NCBI GenBank assembly: GCA_964016885.1
Contig: OZ024740.1
Span: forward strand, 337,094,001-337,158,000
DNA: 64,000 bases
Source of the DNA: Eledone cirrhosa
Lineage: Eukaryota
Reading direction: 5' to 3'
The stretch's first letter is position 1, and every line of letters starts with the position of its first letter. Made by a program: the position numbers and the translations under genes. This document shows positions 40,904-57,055 of this stretch, in pieces. Below the pieces are notes generated by a model. That model made no database searches. It saw nothing but the letters and a program-made list of their open reading frames with translations, and was not told where the DNA came from.

Positions 40904-43274
40904 TGTAGTGACCTACATTCCACGGGCTCACATACATTCTCTGTGCGTGATTTGGCTCAGCTCAGCCAATCAACGCCAGTAGAAGAGGATGCATCCCTAC
41001 GCGCCCTGAGGGAGAAATTCCCCGCGAAGATTTGAAGAATCTCTCTCTCGCACCCGGAACTTCGAACCAGCAACACGTGACGGTGAGATTTTGCACTTTG
41101 GCCTGCCGGCTTTCCGGCACATTCGCTTTTATAGCCTCATTTTATGTGTAACTTCAACCATACAAGTTAACAAACATTATTTGTGCTACAACAAAAATAA
41201 ACATACATTTCATCTTTAATTTCTGCTGTTGACATCATTATTATGTTACTCGTGTCTCAATAACATTTATATACTATGCTGCTAAAAGTGGTGACTCCGA
41301 CGTGATGAATATTTTCAGTTCAAAATATTCCTTTTGAAATGAGATTAAAATTGGCAGTGTATGTATAAAAATAAAATTTACGCCACGAGGAAATTTCAAA
41401 ACGGCTACCACCAAGTATTTCTCTACTACCAGCCATCAGCAGCAACACATGGCTAACTACTAACCAACACCAGGGAATGGCGATGTGGAAGCTTGTAACT
41501 TTACCGACGCAACCACCATACCTTCGTTCTCGTTACCACAAGGACTCGATAAATTAAGACATCAGTCTTCTCACCACTATGGCGTCAGACGTGGCTGCCA
41601 TATTGGTGACTCTAGTTTCTTCAACACTCGACTTCGACTCTACAGAAGATTCATTGTGACTTTGCTTTAACAACAACAACAACTCTACTAGCTCCCTAGT
41701 AAGAGCGATCCCAAAGAAATTTCAAAGAAAAGAAAAGCGAACTTTTTGTTAAAAGAAAAGAAACAATTCTTTCTTTCTTCCTTTTTTTTTTCAGGCATTT
41801 ATTTTGGACATTTATTTTTTTAAAACTGTATTATATGGAAATTCATTTATTTCTATCATTGTATATATGACTGCATCATTTTCTTTATCATTGTATATAT
41901 GACTGCACCCACACATTTATTTGCTGTATTACATGCCTGCATATGCACACATTTCTTTGTCACCCACCAACATGTTGTTCTTAGTATATGTTCTTCAAAC
42001 GTAATATTCTGCGAGATCCCTTTTCACCTGGTTGAGGTGCCGTCACATGCTAGCGACACATAGAGCTTAATTCACCTGGATTCAAACAGGCACCGCAACA
42101 CGAGAATGCTAATTGCAGCTGAACTCAAACAGTTTCGCATCTCGTTGCACACTCATCGTCCATAACAACCTCCATCTTGTTACCTTACCCGACTCATTGG
42201 GAAAACAACAAATAGAACTGGACTTGTCAGCATTTCCACCATTTCTGTGGATTCGCCGGAATTATGGAATTTACACTGCAACTACTACCCACCTACAGAT
42301 TCAACTTGCTTTTTTCTTTTCAAAGCAACCAGCCATTTTTTCCTGGCTCCCTAGCACATTCGGCAATACATCTGGGAGGCCAACATTTTCTCGCCTACCC
42401 ATCATCTTCTTGCCAGCACTGGCTTCATCCACAGCTACTGGTACAACACTTACCATTAACATTTAATGCAAGAACAGCAACTTCGCCCATGTCAGACTTT
42501 ATCCGTTTTCTGTTAGACCTTTGGTGGTCACGTATAAACTACAAAACAGCTAGTCATTTGACACAGTGGCTCAACACGGCCCTTAGCGCCTCATTTTTTT
42601 TCTTGCATGCATCCTTCTGCTCAATTATTTTTTCACTGATGTGCTCTTTCAGCATTTTTTCTTGTTGATTCACCATCTGTATCGTCTTCCGTCTAGAGGG
42701 GGAGTATTGTAGTGACTTACATTCCGCGGGTTCACATACATTCTCTGTGCGTGATTTGGCTCAGCTCAGCCAATCAACGCCAGTAGAAGAGGATGTATCC
42801 CTACGCGCCCTGAAGGAGAACTTCCCCGCGAGGATTTGAAGAATCTCTCTCTCGCACCCGGAACTTCGAACCAGCAACACGTACAACATGTGACGGTGAG
42901 ATTTTGCACTTTGGCCTGCCGGCTTTCCGGCACAATGGCACATTCCCTTTTGTAACCTCATTTTATATGTAACTTCAACCATACAAGTTAACAAGTATCG
43001 GTAGAGGGTCGGACGCCATGCTTTCCAGCATAGTTACGTCCCTTTACGATCTGAGTTCAAATCCCGCCGAGGTTGACTTTGCCTTTCATCCTTATGGGGT
43101 CGATAAAATAAAGTACCAGTAATGCACTGGGTAATTGCTGGCCTTGTGCCTAAAGTAGAAACAATTATTTGTGCTACAACAAAAATAAACATACATTTCA
43201 TCTCTAATTTCTGCTGTTGACATCATTATTATGTTACTCGTGTCTCAATAACATTTATATACTATGCTGCTAAA
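40904..43274 (+). mobile_element. complete non-autonomous LTR retrotransposon (Ty3/gypsy-like by its 4-bp TSD)
   Basis: LTRs 40904-41286 and 42708-43274 (the latter with a SINE at 42994-43168); PBS tggtgactccgacgtgat at 41289-41306; PPT agagggggag at 42695-42704; GATA TSD on both sides; no gag/pol ORF inside. Confidence 0.9.
41289..41306 (+). promoter_or_regulatory. primer-binding site complementary to the tRNA-Trp 3' end
   Basis: TGGTGACTCCGACGTGAT differs at one position from the canonical Trp PBS TGGTGACCCCGACGTGAT. Confidence 0.85.
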
Positions 43275-43429
43275 GATATATAGTGCGTTATCAATAATAC
43301 AGGGAAAAACCACCAGTGTATGGAATCTATACCCTATGAAAGGCAGACTATAGACACGATAATTAAAAATATAAATTAAAGCGTAAATAAATACCTCTAT
43401 AACTATATAACACAAGTACAAATTCAAAG

Positions 43430-43482
43430 ATATGTTTCACCAAAAATTTGTTGAAAGAAATGGTCTAGTCTCGGTTCATCAG
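43430..43482 (-). ncRNA. hammerhead-like motif (core and stem II intact, stems I/III decayed)
   Basis: CTGATGA-ACCGAGA...TTTTGGT-GAAAC-ATAT. Confidence 0.4.
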
Positions 43483-43537
43483 CGTGTGCACATTATTTAC
43501 AGGGAATAGCGAGAGCCTATGCCTCCGTTAATTTATC

Positions 43538-43590
<53 letters not shown>

Positions 43591-43704
43591 TTTATCCCGG
43601 GTTCAATCGGGGGTAAACACAGTAGGTAAGGTACTCGATACAAAGCAGAGTATAAATATTTAATGAAACAGTTCTAGTCCTGTAGAAGCCTTTCTATATT
43701 ATAT

Positions 43705-44130
43705 ACTAGCAGAGGTACCTGGCGTTGCTCGGGTATTAAATACCAGTTATGTATACCATTTATGTCAATACTTCAGTGCTGCTTCGAAAACTATACTTTT
43801 ACAAAATCATCGGCTTTTTCCAAAAGGGGGTTCCTGCCCCCAGGGGTCCCCTACCCAATATGTGCCAATTCTGAGAGTTAACATATATCTGTAGGACAAA
43901 CGTAGCCCATGTGTCAAGTTTTGTGAAAATCGGTTGCGAACTCCAGAAGTTATGACGTTTTGTTGCATTGTACTGCAGTGCTTCAGTCGACTCCAAGGAA
44001 GTGGTTAAAGGGGTTATCTTCCAGGGGGCCCTATAATCAATATCTGGAAAAATGACAGTGCCCATGACCATCCGGAGTACATAAGTAACCTATGTCTTAA
44101 GTTTGGCGAAAATACAGTAGAAATGCATAA
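43705..44130 (+). mobile_element. Helentron-like non-autonomous element
   Basis: ACTAGCAG terminus with ctggcgttgctcggg hairpin; inverted relative to 39650-39875. Confidence 0.65.
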
Positions 44131-45473
44131 GGTTTATACATACGCACGTGCGTTCGTGTTTGTGTGGGTGTGTATGTATTTGTGTGTGCGTATGTATGTG
44201 TATGTCCGTCGGGGCATACATATGTACTGGCCTAAATCTTCACTATTTACTTTTACTATTTTAATAACCTTTGTCATTTTCGTTTTCAATTTTATTTACA
44301 TCATTCTTAAACTCCGGGGCTGGAAATCATTCTGTTATTTTAAATAGAATATTAGTCTAACGACTCCATTTATACCATAAACTTGGTCTTGTCTTTGCAT
44401 GAAATTGTTCTTCATGCTCCACATAACGACGTATTATCCTCGCTTGTTTCCCGTTCATTGCCAGGGAACGTCTTTACGAACCAAAATATCGTCTTCCTGT
44501 TTTCGTTCGGTTGCAACGTTTCTCGAAATATTTAATTCTGCGTTCACAGATTACTCTCAGTTCAATTTGAATGGGAAATTCCTGTTTCATCGATTTTCAC
44601 CCCACACAACGTCATGTTCTGAGTCTGCTTTTCAACTCCACCATGATGCACGGTGCGTCATGGTGTATCTAACCATTTTTTTTAGGTCTTACTACGGCTG
44701 ATTTCTTCCAGAGAGAAAGAAAGAGATGGAAAAATGCAGAGAAGATTCATCCTCGGAGGAATAATAAAAAATGTTTACACTGCACATTTCATTTTTTCAA
44801 AGCTAAAGCTGCCGATCGAAAATCAGTAATTCAACTCCCTGAAAACTTTCAAATATATGCTGTTCTAGCATGAATATTATGCTAAGGATAAGCTGTCCAC
44901 AAAGTAAGATTTACTTGCATATCCCCGTTCATATAAACACATAAATACATGCATACATACATTACAGTTGATATTTTTTTTAGTAAAGCGTTTTCATATT
45001 ATATATATATATATAGTGATGAAACATAACTCATAATCCTTTATTTACTGCTTTATTTGTATGAAATTGTAAATAAGACAAAAGTATTAGAACAGGGGGA
45101 AATAACTCACCAAACGCGATAGTAAATAGACCGTTTTGGAGCCCCAGGGACCACACTTTTCAAGTTAGAGATTTGAAACCGCATCTATTTGCTTCCGTGG
45201 CACTTTTTACATAGGTCTGTAAATTTTCATGTCAGTCCGACCACATCTACTACCATTTAACCGTGCACATCTGAATTTCAACCACCACCCATTTCACAAA
45301 TATATATTAGATATATATATATATATATCCACTTTTCTAAAAAATAAATCATACACAAAATGCCAGCACAAACAGTTTTGCAAGAGATGTCAACATGAAT
45401 GGACCTGTTATTTTTATCTAAAGACATTTTTTCCAATTCCATCCCCTCAATCTATCTTATTTCACATTCTTTC

Positions 45474-45506
45474 TTCCGATGAAGGACTAGTGTCCGAAAC
45501 GTTAGC
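45474..45506 (+). ncRNA. minimal hammerhead motif, CCGATGA core variant
   Basis: TT-CCGATGA-A-GGAC-TAGT-GTCC-GAAACGTT-AG. Confidence 0.5.
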
Positions 45507-45594
45507 ACCCTCTTCCTGCTATATCAAGCGTTAACCTAATATATCCCTCCCATATACTGTACCGATTGTGTTGTTATTTCTGTTTACCTTTTAC

Positions 45595-45625
<31 letters not shown>

Positions 45626-46470
45626 TATATATATATATATCCACACTGTAAACGTGGTTGGTGTTAGGAAGGGCATCCAGCCGTAGAAAACCCGCCAGAC
45701 AGTCCTATACAAGCAGGACAACCAATCTTGCCTCACGTGGGACAATTCCCGTCTAAACCCATGCTAGCGTGGAAGTTATACGTTAAACGATGATGATGAT
45801 GATATATATATGTAAGACAGTATATAGAGAAAAATACTCAAAGAGGTATATGTTCAATTATAAGGGATAGAATACCATCAGAGTGAAAACCATATTGTCT
45901 ACGAAAGGAATGGAGAATAAATATCAATTAAAAGAATAAATTAAAATGTACAAACCATCCATTTATAACTATAACACCTGGACATGCTTTTAAATCATTG
46001 TAATTCTTCACACATGTTTCAAGTGCAGGCATTATGAAATTCAGCATTATACATAGAATTACTGAAATGATGTTGTGTGTAATTTGTATAAGTGATATAA
46101 ACTATTTAAATATATACCATTTAAATCTATATACATAACACACTTTCCTGAGAAGAATTTAAAAAATAATATTAAATTAAAGCAGATTATAACAGAATTC
46201 CATTCCAAGCTCACAAGGAAATATTAACATCAATTGTCTGCATATTTCCATTATTAATATTTACATCTTAAATGAATAATAGCAACAGATATGTAAGAAT
46301 GCATAGTATCTGTCTGTCCTTTCAAGTTTTTTTTCTCCCTAAAAAATTCTCCCTTTTCTTCAGACTAATATATAAACACATTGAGCTATTTCTAAACTGT
46401 TTGGCAATTATATACTACCATATATAATTCCCCACATAAAATTGGGTTATATATATATTTTTACCTTTGC

Positions 46471-46505
<35 letters not shown>

Positions 46506-46579
46506 CCATATATACACATATATATATAAAACATGGGCTGTGACTGGGGGGGGGGCATGCATAGACTGGAGAGATTTGA

Positions 46580-46607
<28 letters not shown>

Positions 46608-46615
<8 letters not shown>

Positions 46616-47142
46616 CAAGGTTTAGCAAATAAGAAAGTTTCAAAATAAATTTCAAAAAATTCACTGTACTTACTATGGTTACCTTTACCGAATCGGTTTC
46701 GAGTCTCAAAAATAAATGGAAAGTCCTTGCGGGCTTCCATTGAAAAGATAAACTCTCGCCAGAAGGTTCTTTTCACTCGGAGAATATAAAATTCCCGAGT
46801 TCAAATTACGAACTGGCGCTATTCAAAATTGTTCCCGAGATGAGAATGAATGATGTGGAAGCAATTCTGTCCAGTGCCGTGTGTAAAGATAGAAGCAGAG
46901 GCAGGGAGGTCAATCTACCACCACTATAAATAGCAGTAGTCAAAACGACCAGATTTCATCTCGACCAGGGGGAGATTAATAATAATAAAGTATATATCCC
47001 TACACGCAAAAAATGAATAGGGACACATGTATTATCCAACCATATGCGAATGTGGTTCAATGGCAGGTTAATAAATTAACGAGCCAGAACATATATAATC
47101 AAAGTTTAGCAAATAAGAAAAAGTTTCAAAATAAATTTCAAT
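46608..47142 (-). mobile_element. ~485-bp non-coding monomer with a terminal direct repeat and a hammerhead (retrozyme/pLTR-like)
   Basis: atatataatcaa.gtttagcaaataagaaa...gtttcaaaataaatttcaa at 46608-46655 and 47092-47142; hammerhead at 46682-46766; (TA)n flanks. Confidence 0.65.
46682..46766 (-). ncRNA. type-I hammerhead ribozyme with extended stem II (core A6>G)
   Basis: CCTT-CTGGCGA-GAGTTT...AATGGAAG-CCCGCAAGGA-CTTTCCATT...AGACTC-GAAA-CCGATTCGG-TA-AAGG. Confidence 0.65.
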
Positions 47143-47154
47143 ATATATATATAT

Positions 47155-48155
47155 ATAGTGAAAGAGTAAAGAATAACATAGTCAACAGTACAAAAAGAGT
47201 TTTATTTATAGTATTAACAATTGAGAGAAAGAAGAAGAAAAAGAAAAAATAATAATAAATAAGTTAGAATGAAGATGATAAAAAATAAGTAAAAAAAATA
47301 TATATGTAAAAAAAATGAACATAATATGATTGTTGAAAATAGTGGTGATGGTTAAAGTTATAGTGGTGTGTAAGTATAAAGATGTGATGAGGGTATAAGT
47401 ACTATTAATATGAAATAATTAAATATATACATATGTATTGGTTAAACCATTTAGAGTCTTATAATAACGCACTATTATTAACTGTCAATAGACCAACTAA
47501 TCACTAATCTCCTAACCTCTCTTTCTTTCACTCTCTATCCCTAAAACTATTTCCCCTCTTCCATTATATCCTATCATGTTCTCTTCACCTCTCACCTAAC
47601 TTCTAATTTAGTAATTTATCTTTTATATATTATTTATCATTATATTCTTTCTTCCTACTATAACCCTCTGTGATTTAACCAATACATATGTATATATTTA
47701 ATATTTTCATATTAATAGAACTTATACCCTCATCACATCTTTATACTTACACCCCACTATAACTTTAACCATCACCACCACTATTTTCAACAATCATATT
47801 ATGTTCATTTTTTTCACATATATATATTTTTACTTATTTTTTATCATCTTCATTCTAACTTATTTATTATTATTTATTATTTTTTCTTTTTCTTCTTCTT
47901 TCTCTCTTTTTTCTTTTTCTTTCTTTATTATTGATGTTGTTATTTAAATTCTCCTAGTATATTACAAATGCCGTATGTAATTGTTGTCAGTTATTCCGAT
48001 GATTTGATTAAGCATACATTGTATTTAAGATTGAGTGGCACAACTTCAAGTGATTAGCAATCTTTAGACACCCTAATCAATGAAACAATTGTTAATACTG
48101 TAAATAAAACCCTTTTTGTGCTGTTGACCATGTTATTTTTCACTCTTTCACTATT
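47155..48155. repeat. long inverted repeat (47155-47447 vs 47673-47905 plus 48086-48155)
   Basis: Mirrored sequence; the left arm lacks the ~180-bp segment containing the hammerhead core. Confidence 0.85.
47992..48097 (+). ncRNA. type-I hammerhead motif with long stem II, CCGATGA core variant
   Basis: TATT-CCGATGA-T-TTGATTA...TAATCAA-T-GAAA-CAATTG-TT-AATA; palindromic stem III ACAATTGT. Confidence 0.6.
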
Positions 48156-48339
48156 ATTACTCCAAGATTAACCTGCATAGGAATTCTCGGGAACTCGCCA
48201 CCTAACTAAGGAAACCTCTTGTTGAGTCAAACAATGCCGTACGTTAAAACTATCCACAATACAGAGTACTCACAACCTTTAAATGGATTACCTATAACGA
48301 TAATTTGTTATATCCCATATATATATGTATATATATATA

Positions 48340-50210
<1,871 letters not shown>

Positions 50211-50726
50211 CGTTTAACCCATGCTAGCGTGGAAAGTGGATGTTAAACGAAGATGATGATGATGATGATATATATATATAGAGGGGAAAAACACTATTAG
50301 CTTATATTCTCTTCACACTGGTGGTTTGAAATTCCTGTAAAGGAAAACACACTCTTCTGTGTTTTTCCCCTCTATATATTGTATTTTAAGGTGCCCAGGA
50401 AAACTCTTTCCTTTGAGCTGATTTAATTACAGCATTATACACGAGTCCCTTACTCCGTTATTTTAGTTGATATATATATGTATATATGTATATATATATA
50501 TATGTATAATGGATGAATTCTTGATGAGTATTGGGAGGTGACCACAGGCAAAAAGGCTACTCAAAACGTTTGTAGAGTATAGGCAACTTTATTTTATATA
50601 GAAATGCCTTCTACAGGACCAGAACTGTTTCATTCATATAAAATCATCAGGAAAGACTTTCCTGATGATTTCATATGAATAAAGCAGTTATAGTCCTATA
50701 GAAGTAATTTCCGTATAAATAAATAA

Positions 50727-51810
<1,084 letters not shown>

Positions 51811-51920
51811 ATAGCTCTGATTATTTAATTTATTAACTCTTCATTGAGCCACAAAGTGACCTGTTGCAAAACATATATATATATATATGTAAACCTTTAT
51901 AAATAAATAAATATATATAT

Positions 51921-52119
51921 ATGTAATCTGAGTTTTTCGAATATTAATAATAATATTTGATTCGTTTGCAATTATGCAAACAGCCTCTTTTGTAAAGCCA
52001 TTTCAGTAGAATGAGCCCCTCATTCTTGCTCTACTAGCATAGCTTTAAAAAAATGGCTGTTTGCATAATTGCAAACGAATCAAATATTATTATTAATATT
52101 CGAAAAACTCAGATTACAT
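51921..52119. repeat. inverted repeat with ~65-bp arms and a central hairpin
   Basis: atgtaatctgagtttttcg...gcaaacagcc / ggctgtttgc...cgaaaaactcagattacat. Confidence 0.9.
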
Positions 52120-52160
52120 TTATTGTATTCAGCCATGTAGAGCGATAATTTTATATATAT

Positions 52161-52198
<38 letters not shown>

Positions 52199-52499
52199 TT
52201 AACGTCTATCTTCCATGCTAGCATGGGTTTATATATATATATATATAAGGATAAAGATCCCATAACTCCATATGGTGTGTCGAGAGCACTTTTAAATCTG
52301 GCGGAGCCAACCCTCTCCAGGTCTGAACACAGCCGATTTTTTTTCTAGAGGAACAATCGACCCCAGTACTGAATTGGTACTTTTTTTTATCGACTTTGGA
52401 AGGATGAAAGGCAAAGTTGACCATGGTGGGATTTGAACTCAGAGCGTGCAATGATAAAGCATTCTTTATGCTTCTGCCAATTCACCACCTTTATATATA

Positions 52500-52713
52500 A
52501 TAGTAGAACACTGGTGGATTATATCTGTAGTGGTAGATCACTCAGTCTATGGCATGAGTTTGGTAGAAGTAGTGTCCCAACAGTTAATTCTCCATTTCCG
52601 AGAACAATTGTTTCACCTTATTTGGATCATCAGCTTGGTTAAAACCAAGCTCATGATCTGAATAAGCTGGAACAATTGTTCTCGGAAATGGTGAATTAAA
52701 TGTTGTGGAATTA

Positions 52714-52716
<3 letters not shown>
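52500..52716 (-). mobile_element. hammerhead-bearing repeat with fold-back (palindrome 52567-52715)
   Basis: Homologous to 13821-13967; centre ggtt-aa-aacc at ~52641. Confidence 0.7.
52598..52638 (-). ncRNA. minimal type-I hammerhead ribozyme
   Basis: CCAAG-CTGATGA-T-CC-AAATAA-GG-T-GAAA-CAATTG-TT-CTCGG; decayed mirror copy at 52645-52685. Confidence 0.65.
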
Positions 52717-52801
<85 letters not shown>

Positions 52802-54397
52802 TTTATTTATTTTATATAGAAATGACTTTTATAAATATATATATATATAAATGTATGTATATAAATATGTTTATATATGAGTATTTGACATGGATGTATA
52901 TGTATGATAATGATGATGTTGGTGATGTATGTGTATATATAAATATAAATATAACACAGGCACATTCACACATATACACATAGACAGTAAACAAACTAGT
53001 GACCCGTTAAATCATTGTCATTCCATATAAATAGAAATGACTCGGCTTTTCAGCTGCTGCTTTAAATTATACCATCATCACATATTTCAAATTGAAGCAA
53101 TGTATTCTTGCTAGTTAAATTAAAATATATTTTGCTTTCCACGTTTAGATATTTAAGTAGCCACACAATACCAAGAAGAATGGTGGAGCATGACTCTTCA
53201 GATCTGACAATAAATGTCTTGATAATCTAAGTTTCTTAGAAAGTGAATTCCTGGTTCTAACAAAAGTTACTATCAAAGGTTTTGATGAAACTGTAATTTT
53301 AATCTATATTCATATCCTGGCAGCTGTTTGGATATCTTTTAACAAATGAAATATTTATGTTCATGTGTTCTATACTATATATATGTAATGGGCAGATGGT
53401 GATACTTGTGTAAAACTTGTTATATTACAGACGTTCAATAGGAGTATACTACGTGAGTTTTAAATCATTTGTCAGTATTTAATTAACTGCAACCATCAGA
53501 TTTTTCCCCAAAGCTGAATAAAACTTACAATAGGTAAACATTTTAAATAGTTTCCTGTCGGTAGTTTGTAATATTATTTATTGCTTTCGTATTATCATTA
53601 TATAAACGATATATTCAATAGAGTTTCTAGTTAGCATTGATTTACCTCCCTTATTAAACTAATACACAGGTTGAATATTTCAATTAGATTTATCTTGAAG
53701 TGTCAATCTGTTTGACATAATTCTCTTAAACATTTTGGACTTCTATGTATGTAGGTAACTTTAGAGAGCTTAAGTGAGATTATATGATGTTCATGCCTTT
53801 CCTAAGTGGTGAAGGTGGTGGTGTGGTACAATACTGAAATATTATGTGGTGGTAGTGGTGGTGGTGGAAGAGTACTATACAATATGGTGATGGTGGTGAA
53901 GTTGGTGGTGTGGTACTGTAGTGAAATATAAGGTGTGGTGGTGGCGGTGGTACGCTACTGAATTATATGGTGATTGTTGTAGTGGTGATTGAGTATTGAA
54001 CTATATGGAGTGGAGATGGTACAATATTCAATTCTATGGGGGTGGGATGTAGATGTCTCTTCCTGTTTTTTTTCTTACAACGTTGATATCGAGTGGGCAG
54101 CTAATCTCTACAACAGAGCACATTTTCAATGTATGGTCCCAAACAACAATATCAGGCCGGTTGTGCTTTAATTTGGTGGCAGTTTTTATTTTCAGGTTCC
54201 ACCAGTATTCTTTAGTGCCATCTATCTCAACATATTCCTCCTCATTTGTTTTTAATTTTGTGCATGCCAGATGGTTCTAGCTATCACATTGTATGTATGT
54301 ATGTATGTATGTATGTATGTATGTATGTATGTATGTATGTATGTATGTATGTATGTATGTATGTACGTATGTATGTATATATATGTATGTATGTTTA

Positions 54398-54960
54398 TGT
54401 CAGGTTGCTCTTCAGCGTTACTGGTAACATGTAACCCAGTACAATCTGTGAATGGTTGGGTCGTCGGTGACTATATCGGCAACCCTGCCAAGCTTGCTTG
54501 GTGAGGAGGGTGATTTTCGAGACCCCTGTGGGATGAAAAAGAAAACCTGTCAAAGGCGGAGGAACTCAGAAGAGTCAACGGCCATCCAATAAGTGCATCT
54601 ATTTTTGAGCGAGAGACTCCTAGTCTTCATTAAGACATCTCTCGAGGAGAAGGTCATTCTGATATAAAACCTGCAACTTCATTTGCACCCAATGGTGTAG
54701 ACCAGTTCTACTTTTTGGGCAAATGCATTCGATATTCGGAGAGTGGAATTGGCCCTGTGCAAAGCCTTTCCTCACTTAAAAAAGCTTCAAGCACAGGCAT
54801 TGCTTGATATATGACATTTTTTGTGATGTATGGTATTGCTGGCCATAGGCAAGTCCCTAGCAGGACTAAAAAGCCACGTCTGTAATGCTCATACTTAAGT
54901 ATCAATTGATGGCATTACTCGAAATTGAGTTGAAGCCATCATGTATGTATGTATGTATGT
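54398..54960 (+). mobile_element. non-coding RTE-5'UTR-like retroelement with a 3' hairpin and (ATGT)n tail
   Basis: gaggagaaggtcattctgatataaaacc resembles the RTE 5'-UTR motif; relatives at 56623-57055 and 62864-63172; terminal hairpin GATGGC..ACTC/GAGT..GCCATC. Confidence 0.55.
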
Positions 54961-56185
54961 TCTTCTGGTTTTATAATTTCACAAAGTTTTACCAATAGAG
55001 AGAGAGTCGGTTTCTAACATAGACACAAGACTCTCTCATTAGAATTTACACAACATCAACTAGGTAGATATGTCTGCATGTCTGCATGCATGCGTGTGTA
55101 GATATGGATGTTATTGTATGCGTGGATGTGGATGTTTTGAGTTGTATGTGTGCATGTGTATATGCTTTGTATCTGTACATGTGTATATGCAGTTATTAGA
55201 TGCAAAATTTTTGGAATGTTTTACATATTTTTACTGTTCCATTAATGGATTGTACTTGTAATTTCCTAACTAGTTGTGTTCTTTCTGTTCCTGTGAAGCC
55301 TAGCTTCTCAAAATTTGTATTGAGGCAGTTACTAACATACCCCAGTGCCCCAATAATCACAGGCATAAATCTGAAGGTGTAATCAGGGTGGAGTATCTGC
55401 AGATTTCTCATTAGTTCTGCATAAATATTCTCCTTTTCGGTAATCTTTGATATTATATTGGCATCTGCTGGGCAGCTAACTTCCACTAGTGTGCATGCCT
55501 TCTTTTCCCTGTCCTATATCATTATATCTGGTCTGTTATGCCTGCATTTTATTGGGGTTTTTACTGGAACATTCCACCAGTACTCTTTCATATTATGTAC
55601 ATGGATGTCTTCCACATTGCTGTAGCTTTTAATGTGTTTATTATCGGGGCTATCTTTTCTACGGATTGCATTGTACAGTGTTTTGGCCACTACATCATGC
55701 CTCATAGGTAGATAGTATCACGATGACATCTTTGGGCAGCTGCTTATGACATGGGTGACATCTTCGATGTTAATTCTGCAGAGTCTGCACTTGTTATCAC
55801 ATCTAGGAGTTTTGCCTGCATCCCTATCTCTTTTGTGAATTAGGTATTTCGTGTTGATTTCCTTTTCTTGGATTGCAAAAACGTATCCTTCAAAGTGGGA
55901 GCCAATATAGCGGTTGTTGGTCCAAGATAAACTACTTTCCTTATCTATATTACTCTTACTTTGGAGCCTCCTGGCAACATATCCATGCATGATTTTTTGC
56001 TGATAGGCATGCAGTTTTTCATCCATGGACTCACTGCGATACTGCTGAGCAACTTCCCTGGGTGTGAGTTTTTGATTATCACACAGGGAATATCTTTCAA
56101 GGAGTTCCTTCCCAACTCTCATGATCTTATCTGTTTTGTGCAGATAGACTTGCTCGAGAGACGGGCTTGTACGCTTCGAGGTTCT
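54961..56185 (-). pseudogene. R4/Dong-like non-LTR retrotransposon 3' part (CCHC knuckle plus restriction-like endonuclease)
   Basis: CRLC...EDVTHVISSC, MRHDVV, NRPDIMI, EVSCP...EK..Y, PVIIGALG; in-frame stops; (ATGT)n on both flanks. Confidence 0.88.
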
Positions 56186-56216
56186 GTATGTATGTATATA
56201 CATATATATGTATGTG

Positions 56217-56535
56217 AAGGCGTATGGCTTTGTGGTTAGGGAATTTAGCTTATGATCATTAGGTCGTGAGTTCGATTCTCGGTGGCATGTTGTGTTCTTG
56301 AGCAAGACACTTTATTTCACGTTGCTCCAGTTCACTAAGTTGGCAAAAATGAGTTGTATCTGTAATTCGAAGGACCTGTCTTGTCACATTCTGTGTCACA
56401 CTGAATCTCCCTGAGAACTATGTTAAAGGTATGTATGTTTGTGGAATGCTCAGCCACTTGCACGTTAATTTCATGCAAGCTGTTCCATTGATTGGATCAA
56501 CTGGAACACTCGTCGTCATAACCAATGGCGTGCCT
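56217..56535 (+). mobile_element. tRNA-derived SINE
   Basis: ggcgtatggctttgtggttagg...gagttcgattctc head, cttgagcaagacacttt body. Confidence 0.75.
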
Positions 56536-56622
56536 GCCATGTATGCATGCACACATGTATGTATGTATTTTTATATGTGTGTGTATCTATGTATGTAATA
56601 ATAATGTATGCATGTATGTATG

Positions 56623-57055
56623 TAAGCTTGCTTGGTGAGGAGGGTGATACTTGGATACCCTGCGGGATGAAATACAAGACCTGGCGAAGGGCGGAGGAAC
56701 TCAGCAGAGTCAATTGCCATCCAAATAGTAATTTTTTTTTTTTCGCCTGGGAGTGAAAGGCCCCCAGTTGTTGTCACAACACCTTTCTAAAAAAGGGAAA
56801 CTCTGAAAAAAAAACTTGCAGCTTCAGAAGCATCCGATGATATTGACCAGTTCTCCTTTTTGGGTAGTGTTTTCAATGCTCAGAGAGTGCAATTGGTCGA
56901 GTGCAAGGCCTTCCCCACTTAAAAAACCTTCAAAGCTCAGGCATTGCTTGTTCAGGTTATGTTACAGGCTTGTGTGTCTGGCCGTAGCCTAAAAGTGTCC
57001 CATTTTCTGTAATCTGACAAGCGATTGCAATACTCTTAGCAGAGTTTGCAGGGCT
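56623..57055 (+). mobile_element. diverged relative of the 54398 element
   Basis: aagcttgcttggtgaggagggtgat...ggcggaggaactc...gagagtg...cacttaaaaaa...ggcattgctt blocks. Confidence 0.6.

Noticed and set aside
50605-50705. Palindrome with CTGATGA...GAAAC on both arms as an active hammerhead
   Set aside because: Stem I and the cleavage triplet cannot be paired convincingly; at most a relic. The same applies to 28222-28259, 33185-33215, 45130-45165 and 50520-50570.
55718-56305. 195-aa ORF as a complete protein
   Set aside because: The N-terminus runs through a SINE and microsatellite; only 55718-56185 belongs to the R4-like element.
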